Below, piece after piece: positions 36,815 through 46,095 of a stretch of DNA of 64,000 bases (the stretch's first letter is position 1; every line of letters starts with the position of its first letter). This stretch comes from Candidatus Krumholzibacteriales bacterium (GTDB lineage Bacteria > Krumholzibacteriota > Krumholzibacteriia > Krumholzibacteriales > WJIX01): assembly GCA_046483305.1 (NCBI GenBank), contig JAWODM010000043.1, forward strand, positions 33,880-97,879, in the 5' to 3' direction. Below the pieces are notes generated by a model. It searched no databases. It was given only the letters and a program-made list of their open reading frames with translations, and was not told the origin of the DNA. The position numbers and the translations under genes were made by a program.

Positions 36815-37978
36815 TCAATCGCTCTTCTCCTGTTCCAGCCTGCGGGCGGAGTTGACGAGATTGTAAAGATAGATGGCGAAAGGCCGGTAGGCCAGGTGCG
36901 ACCACTTTGAAAACGGCACCTCCACCACCAGCATGGGAACCAGAATGGCCAGGTGGATCACATAGGTGTAATAGGTGGCGTATACTATCCCGCTGATCCT
37001 GAATATATGAACCAGTATCCCGGTAAGGGTGGTAAGAAACAGCATGATCAGGAACAGCCAGTCGGTGGAGTGGGAATAGCGGTGCTTCTCGCCGCTCTTT
37101 CTGATCCTCTGCACGCTCCAGATTATTATGGCCAGCAGCAGGCCGAAGGTGGCATAGTAGCCGAGAAACCTCTGGGGGTGATATACCGGGTGAATCTTCT
37201 CCACCTGGAACCAGGGCAGGAATACCACGATCATTGTGAACATTATGGTATAACCGGACATCAGGAGCCAGTGAAGGGCCCAGTAGCTCTTATCGCTGCA
37301 TTTGGACAGTTTTATCTGGGTGGCGAAGTGATATATAAGGTTCCACGCCTCCTTTACATAGAGGTAAAGCGGCGGATTGACCTCCTTGTTCCTGATCACC
37401 ACCTTCAGATACATATTGAAAATGTTCGAAAGCAGGAAGAAGGATATTATCGCGGCCATCACCCAGTCCCCGATTTCGATGATGCTGACGAATGTCTCGC
37501 TGTCCATCCCCTCGACAAAGCTGTTGATCCTGACCCCTCCCTCGGCGTTAATCAGCCCGGCGGGGTCGGCGGTGGGAGGAAGAAAAATGGCGAACAGGAG
37601 GATAACCAGAAGCGATACTGCCCCTATCGCCCCGAATTTCCACGCCCTGGAGGTGTAGAACCTGCGCGAGAACCCGGTCCAGTCGTAAACCGAGGTGAGG
37701 TATCTTCTCAGCGACATCATGATCTCGCCGGGATTGGACTGCCTGGGGCAGGTTTCGCTGCAGTCCCCGCAGTAGTAGCAGAGCCAGGGGTCCAGAGAGC
37801 CCTGTATATCCTCTTCCATCCCCAGTAGGGTGTAGCGGAGCAGCTTCCTTGGAAAGGAGGAGTTTTCCTCCACCAGGGGGCAGACGGCGGTGCAGTGCCC
37901 GCAGTTGTAGCAGGCGGTAAAGTCAACTCCACCGAATTTCTCTATTCTGGAGGCGAATCTGTGATCGACTCTAGCCAT
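36815..37978 (-). CDS. QmoC-like membrane subunit (2x[4Fe-4S] + heme-b-type membrane domain)
   Basis: CYNCGHCTAVCP, CYYCGDCSETCP; several TM helices with His residues; PFSKWSHLAYRP. Confidence 0.88.
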   Translation of the reverse strand: MARVDHRFASRIEKFGGVDFTACYNCGHCTAVCPLVEENSSFPRKLLRYTLLGMEEDIQGSLDPWLCYYCGDCSETCPRQSNPGEIMMSLRRYLTSVYDWTGFSRRFYTSRAWKFGAIGAVSLLVILLFAIFLPPTADPAGLINAEGGVRINSFVEGMDSETFVSIIEIGDWVMAAIISFFLLSNIFNMYLKVVIRNKEVNPPLYLYVKEAWNLIYHFATQIKLSKCSDKSYWALHWLLMSGYTIMFTMIVVFLPWFQVEKIHPVYHPQRFLGYYATFGLLLAIIIWSVQRIRKSGEKHRYSHSTDWLFLIMLFLTTLTGILVHIFRISGIVYATYYTYVIHLAILVPMLVVEVPFSKWSHLAYRPFAIYLYNLVNSARRLEQEKSD

Positions 37979-38258
37979 CCTGTTCCCTTCCTGCCCGGTA
38001 ATAGTAGTACTCGTCCATATCATCCATCCGGTCCACTTCTACCTGGCCGTACTTCATAAGCGACATCAGGTGATAGGTGACCGTACTGGCCTTCAGCCCG
38101 CACCCTTCGGCGATCTCCGGTATGGTTCTGGGCTCTTCCTTCAGTTCTTCCATGATTAGTTTCCTGACCCTGTTGAAATCCTTGACCTTCTCCCGCAGCC
38201 CGGCGGGAACCTCCCGCTTTTTCTTCATCTCTTCAACAGTTTTCTTCTTCTCGTTCAT
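37971..38258 (-). CDS. Small winged-HTH protein
   Basis: PRTIPEIAEGCGLKASTVTYHLMSL; overlaps the downstream gene. Confidence 0.8.
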   Translation of the reverse strand: MNEKKKTVEEMKKKREVPAGLREKVKDFNRVRKLIMEELKEEPRTIPEIAEGCGLKASTVTYHLMSLMKYGQVEVDRMDDMDEYYYYRAGREQDG

Positions 38259-38271
38259 CCGGCTGGTTCCT

Positions 38272-40227
38272 CTATTCTATCAGGGCCTCTATCATACTCT
38301 CTATCTCGGCGTCTGAATTTCCCTTAAGCTGAATGGCGTTTACCGGGCATACCGGCAGGCACATCCCGCACCCCTTGCAGTTCGCTTCATTGACAACCGC
38401 CACTTCCTTGTCCCGATAATTCTCCTTTACGAAGGCGTCAAAGGGGCAGGCCTGCTCGCACTTTCCGCACCAGCTGCATATCGACCTGTCCACCATCGCC
38501 AGGGTCGGCTCCAGTTCTATCTCTCCGGAGCTTACCAGCGCGTTGGATTTTACCGCCGCCGATAGCGCCGAATTCATGGCCTCGGTGATATTCCTGGGTG
38601 AATGGCAGGCCCCCGCTATGAAGATCCCGTCGATGACCACCTCCACTGGCTTCAGCTTGGGATGAACCTCGTTGAAGAACCCGTCCCTCCCCACCGGGAC
38701 CTTGAGAATATCAACCAGCTCCCGGTTCTGTCCGGGAACCATCCCGGTGACCAGTACCACCAGGCCGGAGGCCGCCTCCATCTCTCTTCCCAGGGTCAGG
38801 ATATCGTTTACTTTCACCACCGTTTCGCCGCCTTCGCTTACAACCCCGGGAAGCTCGTCATCCCGGCTCTGGAAATAGATATCCCCCCCTGAACAAGATC
38901 TCTCATACAGCTCTTCCAGCTTGCCGTAGCTTCTTACCCCTCGGTGGAAATGGTAATTCTGCACCTCCGGGAACCTCTCCCTTACCAGGTTGGCGGTATG
39001 AATGGCGGCGGCGCAGCAGTACCTGGAGCAGTATTTATTATCCCCCTCAATCTGCCTGCTTCCCACGCAGTATATGTAAGATACTGTCTTTACCTCGCTG
39101 CCCGCCCACATCAGCCTGTCGCTGTCCGGGTTAAGCTCCAGGTGCCTTCTAAGCTCCTGCAGAGTCACTACATTATCTATTTCGCCGTAACCGAACTCTC
39201 CTTTCGTCGGCTGATAGGGGCTGAATCCGGTGCATAGGACCACCGCTCCCACTTTGATATCGATGGTCTCAGCTTCCTGCTCCAGGTCAACCCCGGGAAG
39301 TATCTCAGCGCACTTCCCGCACCTGGTGCAGCTGTTCATATCTATGGCGGGGGTTTCCGGGAACTGCCCGGGATAGCTCATCATGAACGCCTTCCGGGAG
39401 GCGAGCCCGAAGTTGAAGCCGTCAGAAACCTCTTCAGGGCATGTCTTCATCGCCTCTTTGACCTTATCCCGGAAATCGTCTCCGTCTATACCGGCCTGCT
39501 CCGGAAGGAAATACCTGGGGTTCTTTCTCAGGGTAATCTCGAAGCTCCCCACGCTCCCCGAACTGGAAATCACCTCGGTTCCGGCAAGAAGGGTTATCCG
39601 CTCGCTTCCGGCAATCTGATCGTACAGTCTCCGGGTTATCTCTTCGCCCTTCTGGCCGCTGGTGTAGAGCTCGCCCCACTGACCGGTTCTTCCTCCGGTG
39701 TAATGTTCTCTTTCAATCAGATACACACTGGAGCCCATATCCGCCAGTTCGATAGCCGCCCTCATTCCGGCGACCCCCGCTCCCACCACCAGCATGGCGT
39801 TTTCGCTCCTTATGGAGGAGGGGGTCAGGGGCTCAGACAATCTCACCTTGGCCACCGCCATCTTTACTATCTGAAGGGCCTTCTCGGTCGCCTGCGCCGG
39901 TTTGTCTGAATGAGCCCAGGAGACCTGCTCTCTGATATTCGCCTGAACGTAGTTATAGGGATTCAATCCCGCTCTCTCGGCGACGGACCTGAATGTGAAC
40001 AGGTGAAGCTTCGGAGAGCAGGAGGCCACCACCAGCCCGTCTATATCGTTCTCTTTTATATCATTTATCATCTCATTCTGAGCGGAGTCGGAACAGGCGA
40101 ACATGGTGGTCTTGGCCAGCGCCACCCCCTCCTCTTCGGCGATGGCGTCTCTTATCGCCTCCACATCCACATAATCGGAGATATTGGAACCACAGTAACA
40201 TATGTATACCGCTACCCTGTTTCTCAT
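38272..40227 (-). CDS. HdrA-like flavoprotein (long form, C-terminal ferredoxin)
   Basis: VYICYCG, VASCSP, NIREQ, GAGVAG, CVGSR...CSRYCC, two C-terminal CxxCxxCxxxCP. Confidence 0.92.
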   Translation of the reverse strand: MRNRVAVYICYCGSNISDYVDVEAIRDAIAEEEGVALAKTTMFACSDSAQNEMINDIKENDIDGLVVASCSPKLHLFTFRSVAERAGLNPYNYVQANIREQVSWAHSDKPAQATEKALQIVKMAVAKVRLSEPLTPSSIRSENAMLVVGAGVAGMRAAIELADMGSSVYLIEREHYTGGRTGQWGELYTSGQKGEEITRRLYDQIAGSERITLLAGTEVISSSGSVGSFEITLRKNPRYFLPEQAGIDGDDFRDKVKEAMKTCPEEVSDGFNFGLASRKAFMMSYPGQFPETPAIDMNSCTRCGKCAEILPGVDLEQEAETIDIKVGAVVLCTGFSPYQPTKGEFGYGEIDNVVTLQELRRHLELNPDSDRLMWAGSEVKTVSYIYCVGSRQIEGDNKYCSRYCCAAAIHTANLVRERFPEVQNYHFHRGVRSYGKLEELYERSCSGGDIYFQSRDDELPGVVSEGGETVVKVNDILTLGREMEAASGLVVLVTGMVPGQNRELVDILKVPVGRDGFFNEVHPKLKPVEVVIDGIFIAGACHSPRNITEAMNSALSAAVKSNALVSSGEIELEPTLAMVDRSICSWCGKCEQACPFDAFVKENYRDKEVAVVNEANCKGCGMCLPVCPVNAIQLKGNSDAEIESMIEALIE

Positions 40228-41531
40228 TCCATCTTCCTTCCGGCCAGATATCCGGCGGCTTCAGCGGCCGCAGCCCCCGCCGAAGATATCGAATCCGGTA
40301 TATCCATCGGCGCCGAGGCGGTCCCTGCCACGAACACACCGGGGATGCTGGTCGAAGCGGGGCTGGAAAGGATATCGGTCTGCCTGACATAACCGTAGTC
40401 ATCCAGTTCCAGGCTCAGGTCTTCGAACAGCCCTTTCGGCTCGCGGTTGGCGAGAACCCCCACCGAAAGCACCACCATATCGTGCTCCGCCTCCCGGATT
40501 TCGCCGCTCTCCACATCCTCGTATTTCAGGGTCAGGTCTCCGTCATCCTCCCCCTCTATCTCCGCAATCTTACCCTTCACGAATTCCACCCCCATATCGG
40601 AGGTCTGAGTGTAGAACTCCTCGAACCCCTTACCGAAAGCCCTGATATCTATGTAATAGATGGTCACATCCGCCATCGGAAGCGCTCCCAGCACCAGCTG
40701 GGCCTGCTTTATCGAGTACATGCAGCATATCTGCGAGCAGATAGGGTTACCCATGGTCTCATCCCTCGAGCCCGCGCAGAGAACGTAAGCTATGTTATCG
40801 GGCATCTTCCCGTCCCCCGGCCTCAGGACATTGTTGTAGGGGCGGGTGGGCACCAGCTGCCTCTCCATCTGCATGGAGGTAATGACATTCCTTAAGCTTT
40901 CGAAGTTGTACCTCTCTATCCCGGATGGGTCGAACAGCTCGAAGCCGGTGGCAAGTATCACCGTCTTTACGGTTATCCGGATCTGTTCTTCTTCCTGGGT
41001 AAAATCGACCGCGTCGGCCGGGCAGACCCTCTCGCAGGCGCCGCAGAGTATGCAGTTGTCCAGGTCTATACTGGCTATCCTGGGGCTGGCTATACTGAAT
41101 GGTATATAGGCGGCTTTGCGCCCCACCAGGTCATACTGGTACTGATCCCGGACTACCACCGGGCATGCCTCCTCGCAGTCCTGGCATCCGGTGCACGCCT
41201 TCTCGTCTATATAACGGGGGTGTTTTACCAGAGTGCCGGCGAAGCTCCCTCCGGGATCTCCGGTTATCCCCCTGACCTCGCTGTTGGTGAACAGGGTGAC
41301 GTTGGGATGGCGGGTTGTCTCGGAGACCTTGGGAGTGGCTATGCAGGCGGCGCAGTCCAGGGTGGGGAATACCTTGCTCAGCTGAAGCATCTTTCCTCCC
41401 AGCGAGAGGTCCTTCTCCACCAGGAGGACCGTGTAACCGAGGTCTCCCATATTAAGGGCCGCCTCCTGTCCGGCGATACCGCCTCCCACTACCAGAACGT
41501 CGAAGCTCTTATGCCCGGCCCGCTCATTCAT
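40224..41531 (-). CDS. HdrA/QmoA-like flavoprotein (short form, inserted ferredoxin)
   Basis: GGGIAG, KVFPTLDCAAC, two CxxCxxCxxxCP, CAGSRD...CSQICC. Confidence 0.92.
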   Translation of the reverse strand: MNERAGHKSFDVLVVGGGIAGQEAALNMGDLGYTVLLVEKDLSLGGKMLQLSKVFPTLDCAACIATPKVSETTRHPNVTLFTNSEVRGITGDPGGSFAGTLVKHPRYIDEKACTGCQDCEEACPVVVRDQYQYDLVGRKAAYIPFSIASPRIASIDLDNCILCGACERVCPADAVDFTQEEEQIRITVKTVILATGFELFDPSGIERYNFESLRNVITSMQMERQLVPTRPYNNVLRPGDGKMPDNIAYVLCAGSRDETMGNPICSQICCMYSIKQAQLVLGALPMADVTIYYIDIRAFGKGFEEFYTQTSDMGVEFVKGKIAEIEGEDDGDLTLKYEDVESGEIREAEHDMVVLSVGVLANREPKGLFEDLSLELDDYGYVRQTDILSSPASTSIPGVFVAGTASAPMDIPDSISSAGAAAAEAAGYLAGRKME

Positions 41532-41538
41532 GCCGTAT

Positions 41539-41931
41539 CTAATCACCCTCTCCGGAGATTTGTCCGGTAAAACTTTTCATCTGCCTCACGAAAGGTTCCG
41601 AGCACACCGAGCATATCGCGGCCATCCTCAGCCTGGCCGGGTCAATTCCCTCTTCTTTCATCATTTCCTGGGTTGTTGAGACGATATCCGCGGTCATCTC
41701 GGTGCATCTGTCGCTGTAGGGGCAGTCTGTTCCGTCAGCCGCTATGAATACCCCGCCGAACCCCTTATGGAAGGCGTGCATGATCCACCTCGGTTTTATA
41801 GCGCTTGAGCATGGAACCGGTATAACGTAAACCGTCGGCGGGTAATGCATCTTCATCAGACCGGCCATATCTATTGCGGGATCGGAGATCTTCTCCGTCG
41901 AAAATACCAGTATCGAAGGTGAATCCTTCAT
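41539..41931 (-). CDS. MvhD/FlpD-like [2Fe-2S] protein (variant Cys pattern)
   Basis: DMAG...YP, VPCSS, GVFIAADGTDCPY, GIDPARL, ICSVC. Confidence 0.82.
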   Translation of the reverse strand: MKDSPSILVFSTEKISDPAIDMAGLMKMHYPPTVYVIPVPCSSAIKPRWIMHAFHKGFGGVFIAADGTDCPYSDRCTEMTADIVSTTQEMMKEEGIDPARLRMAAICSVCSEPFVRQMKSFTGQISGEGD

Positions 41932-41937
41932 TTACCC

Positions 41938-42189
41938 CTATTTCTTCTTGATGAAAATCCTGAAGTATCCGGACTCTTCAACCGTCCCCAGGTAATCATG
42001 CCCCTTCTTCTGAGCCCACTTGGGGACATCCCTCTTGGTCCCCTCATCCGAGGAGAGTATTTCCATGGTCTGGCCGGAATCCAGCTTGCCCAGTGATTTC
42101 TTGGCGGCCAGAAGAGGCCCGGGACAGGCCGTTCCCCTGGCGTCAACCTTCTCATCTACTTCCATCGCTTTAAGTTCTTCAGCGTCCAT
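41938..42189 (-). CDS. tusA: TusA-family sulfur carrier
   Basis: VDARGTACPGPLL (CPxP), D.G...DVPKW. Confidence 0.9.
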   Translation of the reverse strand: MDAEELKAMEVDEKVDARGTACPGPLLAAKKSLGKLDSGQTMEILSSDEGTKRDVPKWAQKKGHDYLGTVEESGYFRIFIKKK

Positions 42190-42206
42190 TATATGAACCT
42201 TTCCTG

Positions 42207-42626
42207 TTAAATAAACATGTGTATATCCGCTTCCTCGGCCGCTGTGAGATATTCCCCGATCCCGCAGATATCATCGGCGATATCGACAAAATCCTCCAGC
42301 TTCTCCCCGCCCCACAACTTCCCGGCCAGTCCACAGATGTGTACCGTTACATTGGTCAGTTCCTTGGCTTCTCTGAAAAACTCCAGCCAGGGGCTCACGT
42401 TGAGCCGCTCCATGGATGCCAGAAACTCCTCTCTGAGGTGGTTGCTCTCGGAGAGCTGGAGCTGGTCGGTGTCCTCGGCGATCTCCTTCTTGAACGCCCG
42501 CGCCCCCTGAAGAAGCACGAACACCTCCACATCCATATCATCCGCGGCAGCCCCGCTGAGAACAACCCCCGCGGCGGTCAACCGGTCCAGAGAGCCCGAA
42601 AAGAGCCCGATTGTCATTTTAGCCAT
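42207..42626 (-). CDS. DsrE/DsrF-like (DsrE2-type) sulfurtransferase
   Basis: FSGSLDR, GAAADDMDVEVF, VHICG, C-terminal ADIHMFI. Confidence 0.8.
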   Translation of the reverse strand: MAKMTIGLFSGSLDRLTAAGVVLSGAAADDMDVEVFVLLQGARAFKKEIAEDTDQLQLSESNHLREEFLASMERLNVSPWLEFFREAKELTNVTVHICGLAGKLWGGEKLEDFVDIADDICGIGEYLTAAEEADIHMFI

Positions 42627-42790
42627 AACTGATCCTCCTGACTTATTATCCGCATACTGATCCCTGAAAGATCTGAATCAGATGCCTGAAAGCTAAGTGC
42701 CTGAATCAAAGATCCAACCTTTCTGCGCCGAAACACCCCGGAATAATTAACCCTCCGGCGATTAAATTTTCAAAGAAAGCTGAACGCCCG

Positions 42791-42819
42791 ATTATGCCAG
42801 CAGCAGAATCTTTTGTCAA
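42791..42819 (-). promoter_or_regulatory. Sigma70-like promoter of the DsrE-QmoC operon
   Basis: TTGACA-N17-CATAAT with TGn. Confidence 0.7.
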
Positions 42820-43085
42820 GAAATTATGGGTTCGTGTTACTGATTTGTGAGCCTGGATAAGCAAAAGAGAAATTCTTATGAGATATCTTCTCCGAAGGGC
42901 GCTTGTCAGAATAATTTCGTTTTCTCTCTGTGCCGATAATGGTTTAGACAGATGGATTAATCCCAACAAAACAGTCGGCGGCCCCACCCAATCCAGAACA
43001 GAGAAGCCGCATCACCAACAGTCAGGCCTACCCCGCGGGCGCCCTGCATCCTGCATCACGGACAAGCCTGTCCGTCAATAGTCGG

Positions 43086-43532
43086 TCACTCTTCTCCAAG
43101 TGCTTCTATGTCCGCAAGGTCTTTCTTCCTGCCCATTGATCGCTTGTTGTTAATGAATTCGTTCCGGCCGATGAAAAACACAGGCACTCCTCCGTAGCTG
43201 CCGGGGCTTTTCGCTGCGAACGCTTCTTCCCACGAAACACCTGTCAGGGAAGTAATCATATCAACGCGGATGGGGGGGACGCCAAGTTGAACAACCCTTT
43301 TAGGAGTGTAAAAGTCTTCTTTTTTGAGATCTGCGGAACCGAAACCGAATTCATTAAGAGCTTCCAGAACCCGGGAGGCATTCTCCGGGCTTGGACGCAC
43401 GAATATGTCCATATCCCCGGTGAAACGCGGAGCCCCGTGGAAGGCCAGAGCGTAACCTCCGACAATAATAAATTCAACCTCGTGTTTGTTCAACAACGCG
43501 AATAACTTTTTGAAGTCTTGCTGAACTTCCAT
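43086..43532 (-). CDS. Nucleotidyltransferase-fold protein (DUF6036/AbiEii-like), putative toxin
   Basis: IVGGYALAFHGAPRFTGDMD; K...GRKKDLADI. Confidence 0.85.
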   Translation of the reverse strand: MEVQQDFKKLFALLNKHEVEFIIVGGYALAFHGAPRFTGDMDIFVRPSPENASRVLEALNEFGFGSADLKKEDFYTPKRVVQLGVPPIRVDMITSLTGVSWEEAFAAKSPGSYGGVPVFFIGRNEFINNKRSMGRKKDLADIEALGEE

Positions 43533-43662
43533 GGAATAATTTCCTGAAGGTATCTACTGCAGCCAGACGCTCCTCTGGCGACTTGCTGAGCCAATACGCC
43601 AGGTCAAGCTTTGCAGCGTCTGAGTCTTCAAGGCCGCGTTTTTTTACGATTTTCCTGATCAT
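43474..43662 (-). CDS. Small partner protein, putative antitoxin
   Basis: DLAYWLSKSPEERL motif; overlaps the nucleotidyltransferase start; extended -10 TGGTAGAAT 6 nt before ATG. Confidence 0.75.
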   Translation of the reverse strand: MIRKIVKKRGLEDSDAAKLDLAYWLSKSPEERLAAVDTFRKLFHGSSARLQKVIRVVEQTRG

Positions 43663-43716
43663 GTTAACATTCTACCACGCTTAATAGGATCAAGAAAGAG
43701 ATAATTCGCCGTACCA
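43635..43716. repeat. ~80-bp direct repeat copy 1
   Basis: CGCGTTTTTTTACGATTTTCCTGATCATGTTAACATTCTACCACGCTTAATAGGATCAAGAAAG...ATTCGCCGTACCA; matches 45668-45746. Confidence 0.9.
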
Positions 43717-43836
43717 CTGATTTGTGGGGGTCAGATAAGTGAAAACGGGAAATTGCCGCGGGATATCCGGGGCTGAAACCGTTTTATCCTCGGGCCTCTT
43801 CAGACCGAAACCTGACAGGTTAGGCTAACGGCTGTT

Positions 43837-45144
43837 TCAATAGGAGAAGAGTTCATGATGGATCTGCGAATCCGGAACTCCGGAAGCAAGCAGGTCGGCC
43901 TCTAATTTTTTAATCATCGGTGGCGGCCCGCAGATGAAAAACTCGAACCGCGATAGGTCCTTCCCCAGCCGCCGATGCAACAGACCCAGATCGACGTATC
44001 CAGTCTCCAGTTCATCATGCGTCTCCACTCCGCTGAGTACGTGGACTACCTCGATGTGCTCCGCCTCGTCGATCTCGTCACGCAGGGCTATATCCTTCTC
44101 AAACCGGTTGCCCCAGAAAAGATAAGCCTCCCCAACGGGCATCCTTTCGAGCTCATGGATGATTCTCCTGAAAGGGGTTACTCCGATCCCTCCGGCCAGC
44201 ATCACCACAGGACGCTCCGTGGTGAAGGCCTCCCGCCCGAAGATGCCGTACGGGCCGTCTACGAAGATCCGGTCTCCCGGCTTAACCCTCTGGAACCTGG
44301 TTGTCTCGCGTCCGAAAGCCTTCACTGTTATACAGATCTCACCACTGCCGGGAAGGTGTTTTGAGATTGTGAATGGCCTGGATGGGCAGATTCGGCAGCG
44401 CCTGAAGAACGCGAACTGCGCCGCCTTCGGCCTCAGTCTTCCCCGGACAGGGCTCATGGCAATGTCAGTTACCCCGTCTGCGGCCTGCCGCGCCCGGACC
44501 ACCTCATAGAGAGCGCTGACGATCCCCAGCCTTGCCATGATACGCCAGATATAAAAGAGCGCTGCGGCGACAAACAGCCCCTGCCAGACATATCTCAGAC
44601 CGGTCCCATTCAGCGTCATGCCGATTGGATAGGCATGTATGAACGCCAGGGGCAGAAGCAGGTAGCTTGAAAGGTGAGTTAAATACCAGACATCATGTCC
44701 CATCCTGGCTCGAAGAAAAACGCTGGAGATCACCAGATAGAGGAGGATCACCAGCGCGGCGATACCCAGGGGTACAAAGAGGTTGAGCGGCGCGGGCAGG
44801 TCCAGGGAGTAAAGCAGAATCCCCTTCTTCTCCAGATAATATGGCGTTAGAAACACAGGGTGCAGGAGAATCAGCAGCCCGATCGCAATACCAATCCGCC
44901 GGTGGAGCCTGATCAACCAGAGATAGTCGGGGGTCGCCCATCTGGCCGCCGCCTGGCGGTATCCCAACAGAAACTGCCAGAAGATCAGTATGGTCCCACA
45001 CAGCGATCCTATCTTCGCAAGCAGCTTCCAGATGTTCAGCTCAAGCGAGGGTTCATTGAGCCGTATGAAGAAGGCCGGCGCGGCCGAGGTCACCACGATC
45101 AGGCAAACTAGCAGGATCTTTCTTCGTGTCAGCCGGTCGCTCAT
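43837..45144 (-). CDS. Ferric-reductase-like membrane oxidoreductase with FAD/NAD-binding domains
   Basis: TM His pairs (LHRRIG...LHP, THL...IHA); RPFTIS; DGPYG; AGGIGVTPF; CGPPPM; ELF. Confidence 0.9.
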   Translation of the reverse strand: MSDRLTRRKILLVCLIVVTSAAPAFFIRLNEPSLELNIWKLLAKIGSLCGTILIFWQFLLGYRQAAARWATPDYLWLIRLHRRIGIAIGLLILLHPVFLTPYYLEKKGILLYSLDLPAPLNLFVPLGIAALVILLYLVISSVFLRARMGHDVWYLTHLSSYLLLPLAFIHAYPIGMTLNGTGLRYVWQGLFVAAALFYIWRIMARLGIVSALYEVVRARQAADGVTDIAMSPVRGRLRPKAAQFAFFRRCRICPSRPFTISKHLPGSGEICITVKAFGRETTRFQRVKPGDRIFVDGPYGIFGREAFTTERPVVMLAGGIGVTPFRRIIHELERMPVGEAYLFWGNRFEKDIALRDEIDEAEHIEVVHVLSGVETHDELETGYVDLGLLHRRLGKDLSRFEFFICGPPPMIKKLEADLLASGVPDSQIHHELFSY

Positions 45145-45667
45145 CGTATACTTCCGTGGAGCAGGTGTGGCTCTATGCATTCGATAGCAGCCATCTCACA
45201 AGTCGCTCTTTCTACTCTCTGTCAGGTTACCATACCAGAGTGGAAGGTTTGAATCAACGAATTGAGCATGCATTCGCAAAGATTCATCTTTTCAGTTCAG
45301 TTCGGTCGCCGCCTTCAAACGGGCTGGAAGGCCGGTATTCCCTTGATCTGATCAACCCGCAGCTATTATGTGCTTTCTGTCTAATAGCCAAATGACGGCC
45401 GCACAATTCACATTCATCTTCAGATCACTTCATCTGGAATTCCTTTGATAATTTTCTCTAAACAATCAGGTTTCACTTATTAAAAATTCTCTCAGTCTTG
45501 GAATGTGCTCCACACTTCTGAATCCTGTAATCCAAGTGGTTTGATGTAATTCCCGCGCAATGCGAGCCCGCTGACAGTATAAGGGAAAAAGGAATATTCC
45601 TGATTTTCTGCCCAGGAGGGATTCTCGCCAACGAACATGACTTTAATCGGCCCATCAGATAACAGGG

Positions 45668-45746
45668 CGCGTTTTTACGATTTTCCTGATTATGTTAACA
45701 TTCTACCAGCTTAATAGGATCAAGAAAGGTATGATTCGCCGTACCA
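45668..45746. repeat. ~80-bp direct repeat copy 2 (start codon degraded to ATA)
   Basis: Near-identical to 43635-43716. Confidence 0.9.
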
Positions 45747-46095
45747 GATCCAGGGTGAGAGAAATACCCACAGGCATGCCCGCGGCACGCTGCCCCGGGG
45801 GTTAGTAGATATTACCAGTTTAATCCTGGCAGTATTAATAGTATACTTACATACAGAGGGTTTTTCGCAAGATTCCCCCCATCCGATCCCCATAAGCAAA
45901 CATTACCAAATCAACTCCCAATCATGCAACCATCAATTTTTACTGCACCCGCCTCCCAGCATATCAATTCCTCCTGTCAACATAACAAAACTGGCAAATT
46001 TTTTACCGCCAACACTGAAGGCAACCCCCAACCCCAACACCCACGTCCAATTTTTAACTTTAAATCCCGCCTCAACTTATGTATCTTTAAACCCT

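Noticed and set aside
36815..42626. Selenocysteine recoding in HdrA/MvhD, or evidence of sulfate reduction
   Set aside because: The reading frames are uninterrupted, and no sat, apr or dsr genes are in the window.
43797..43836. GTTAGCCTAAC after the ferric-reductase-like gene as an attC R'' box
   Set aside because: No matching distal arm or R' box could be found.
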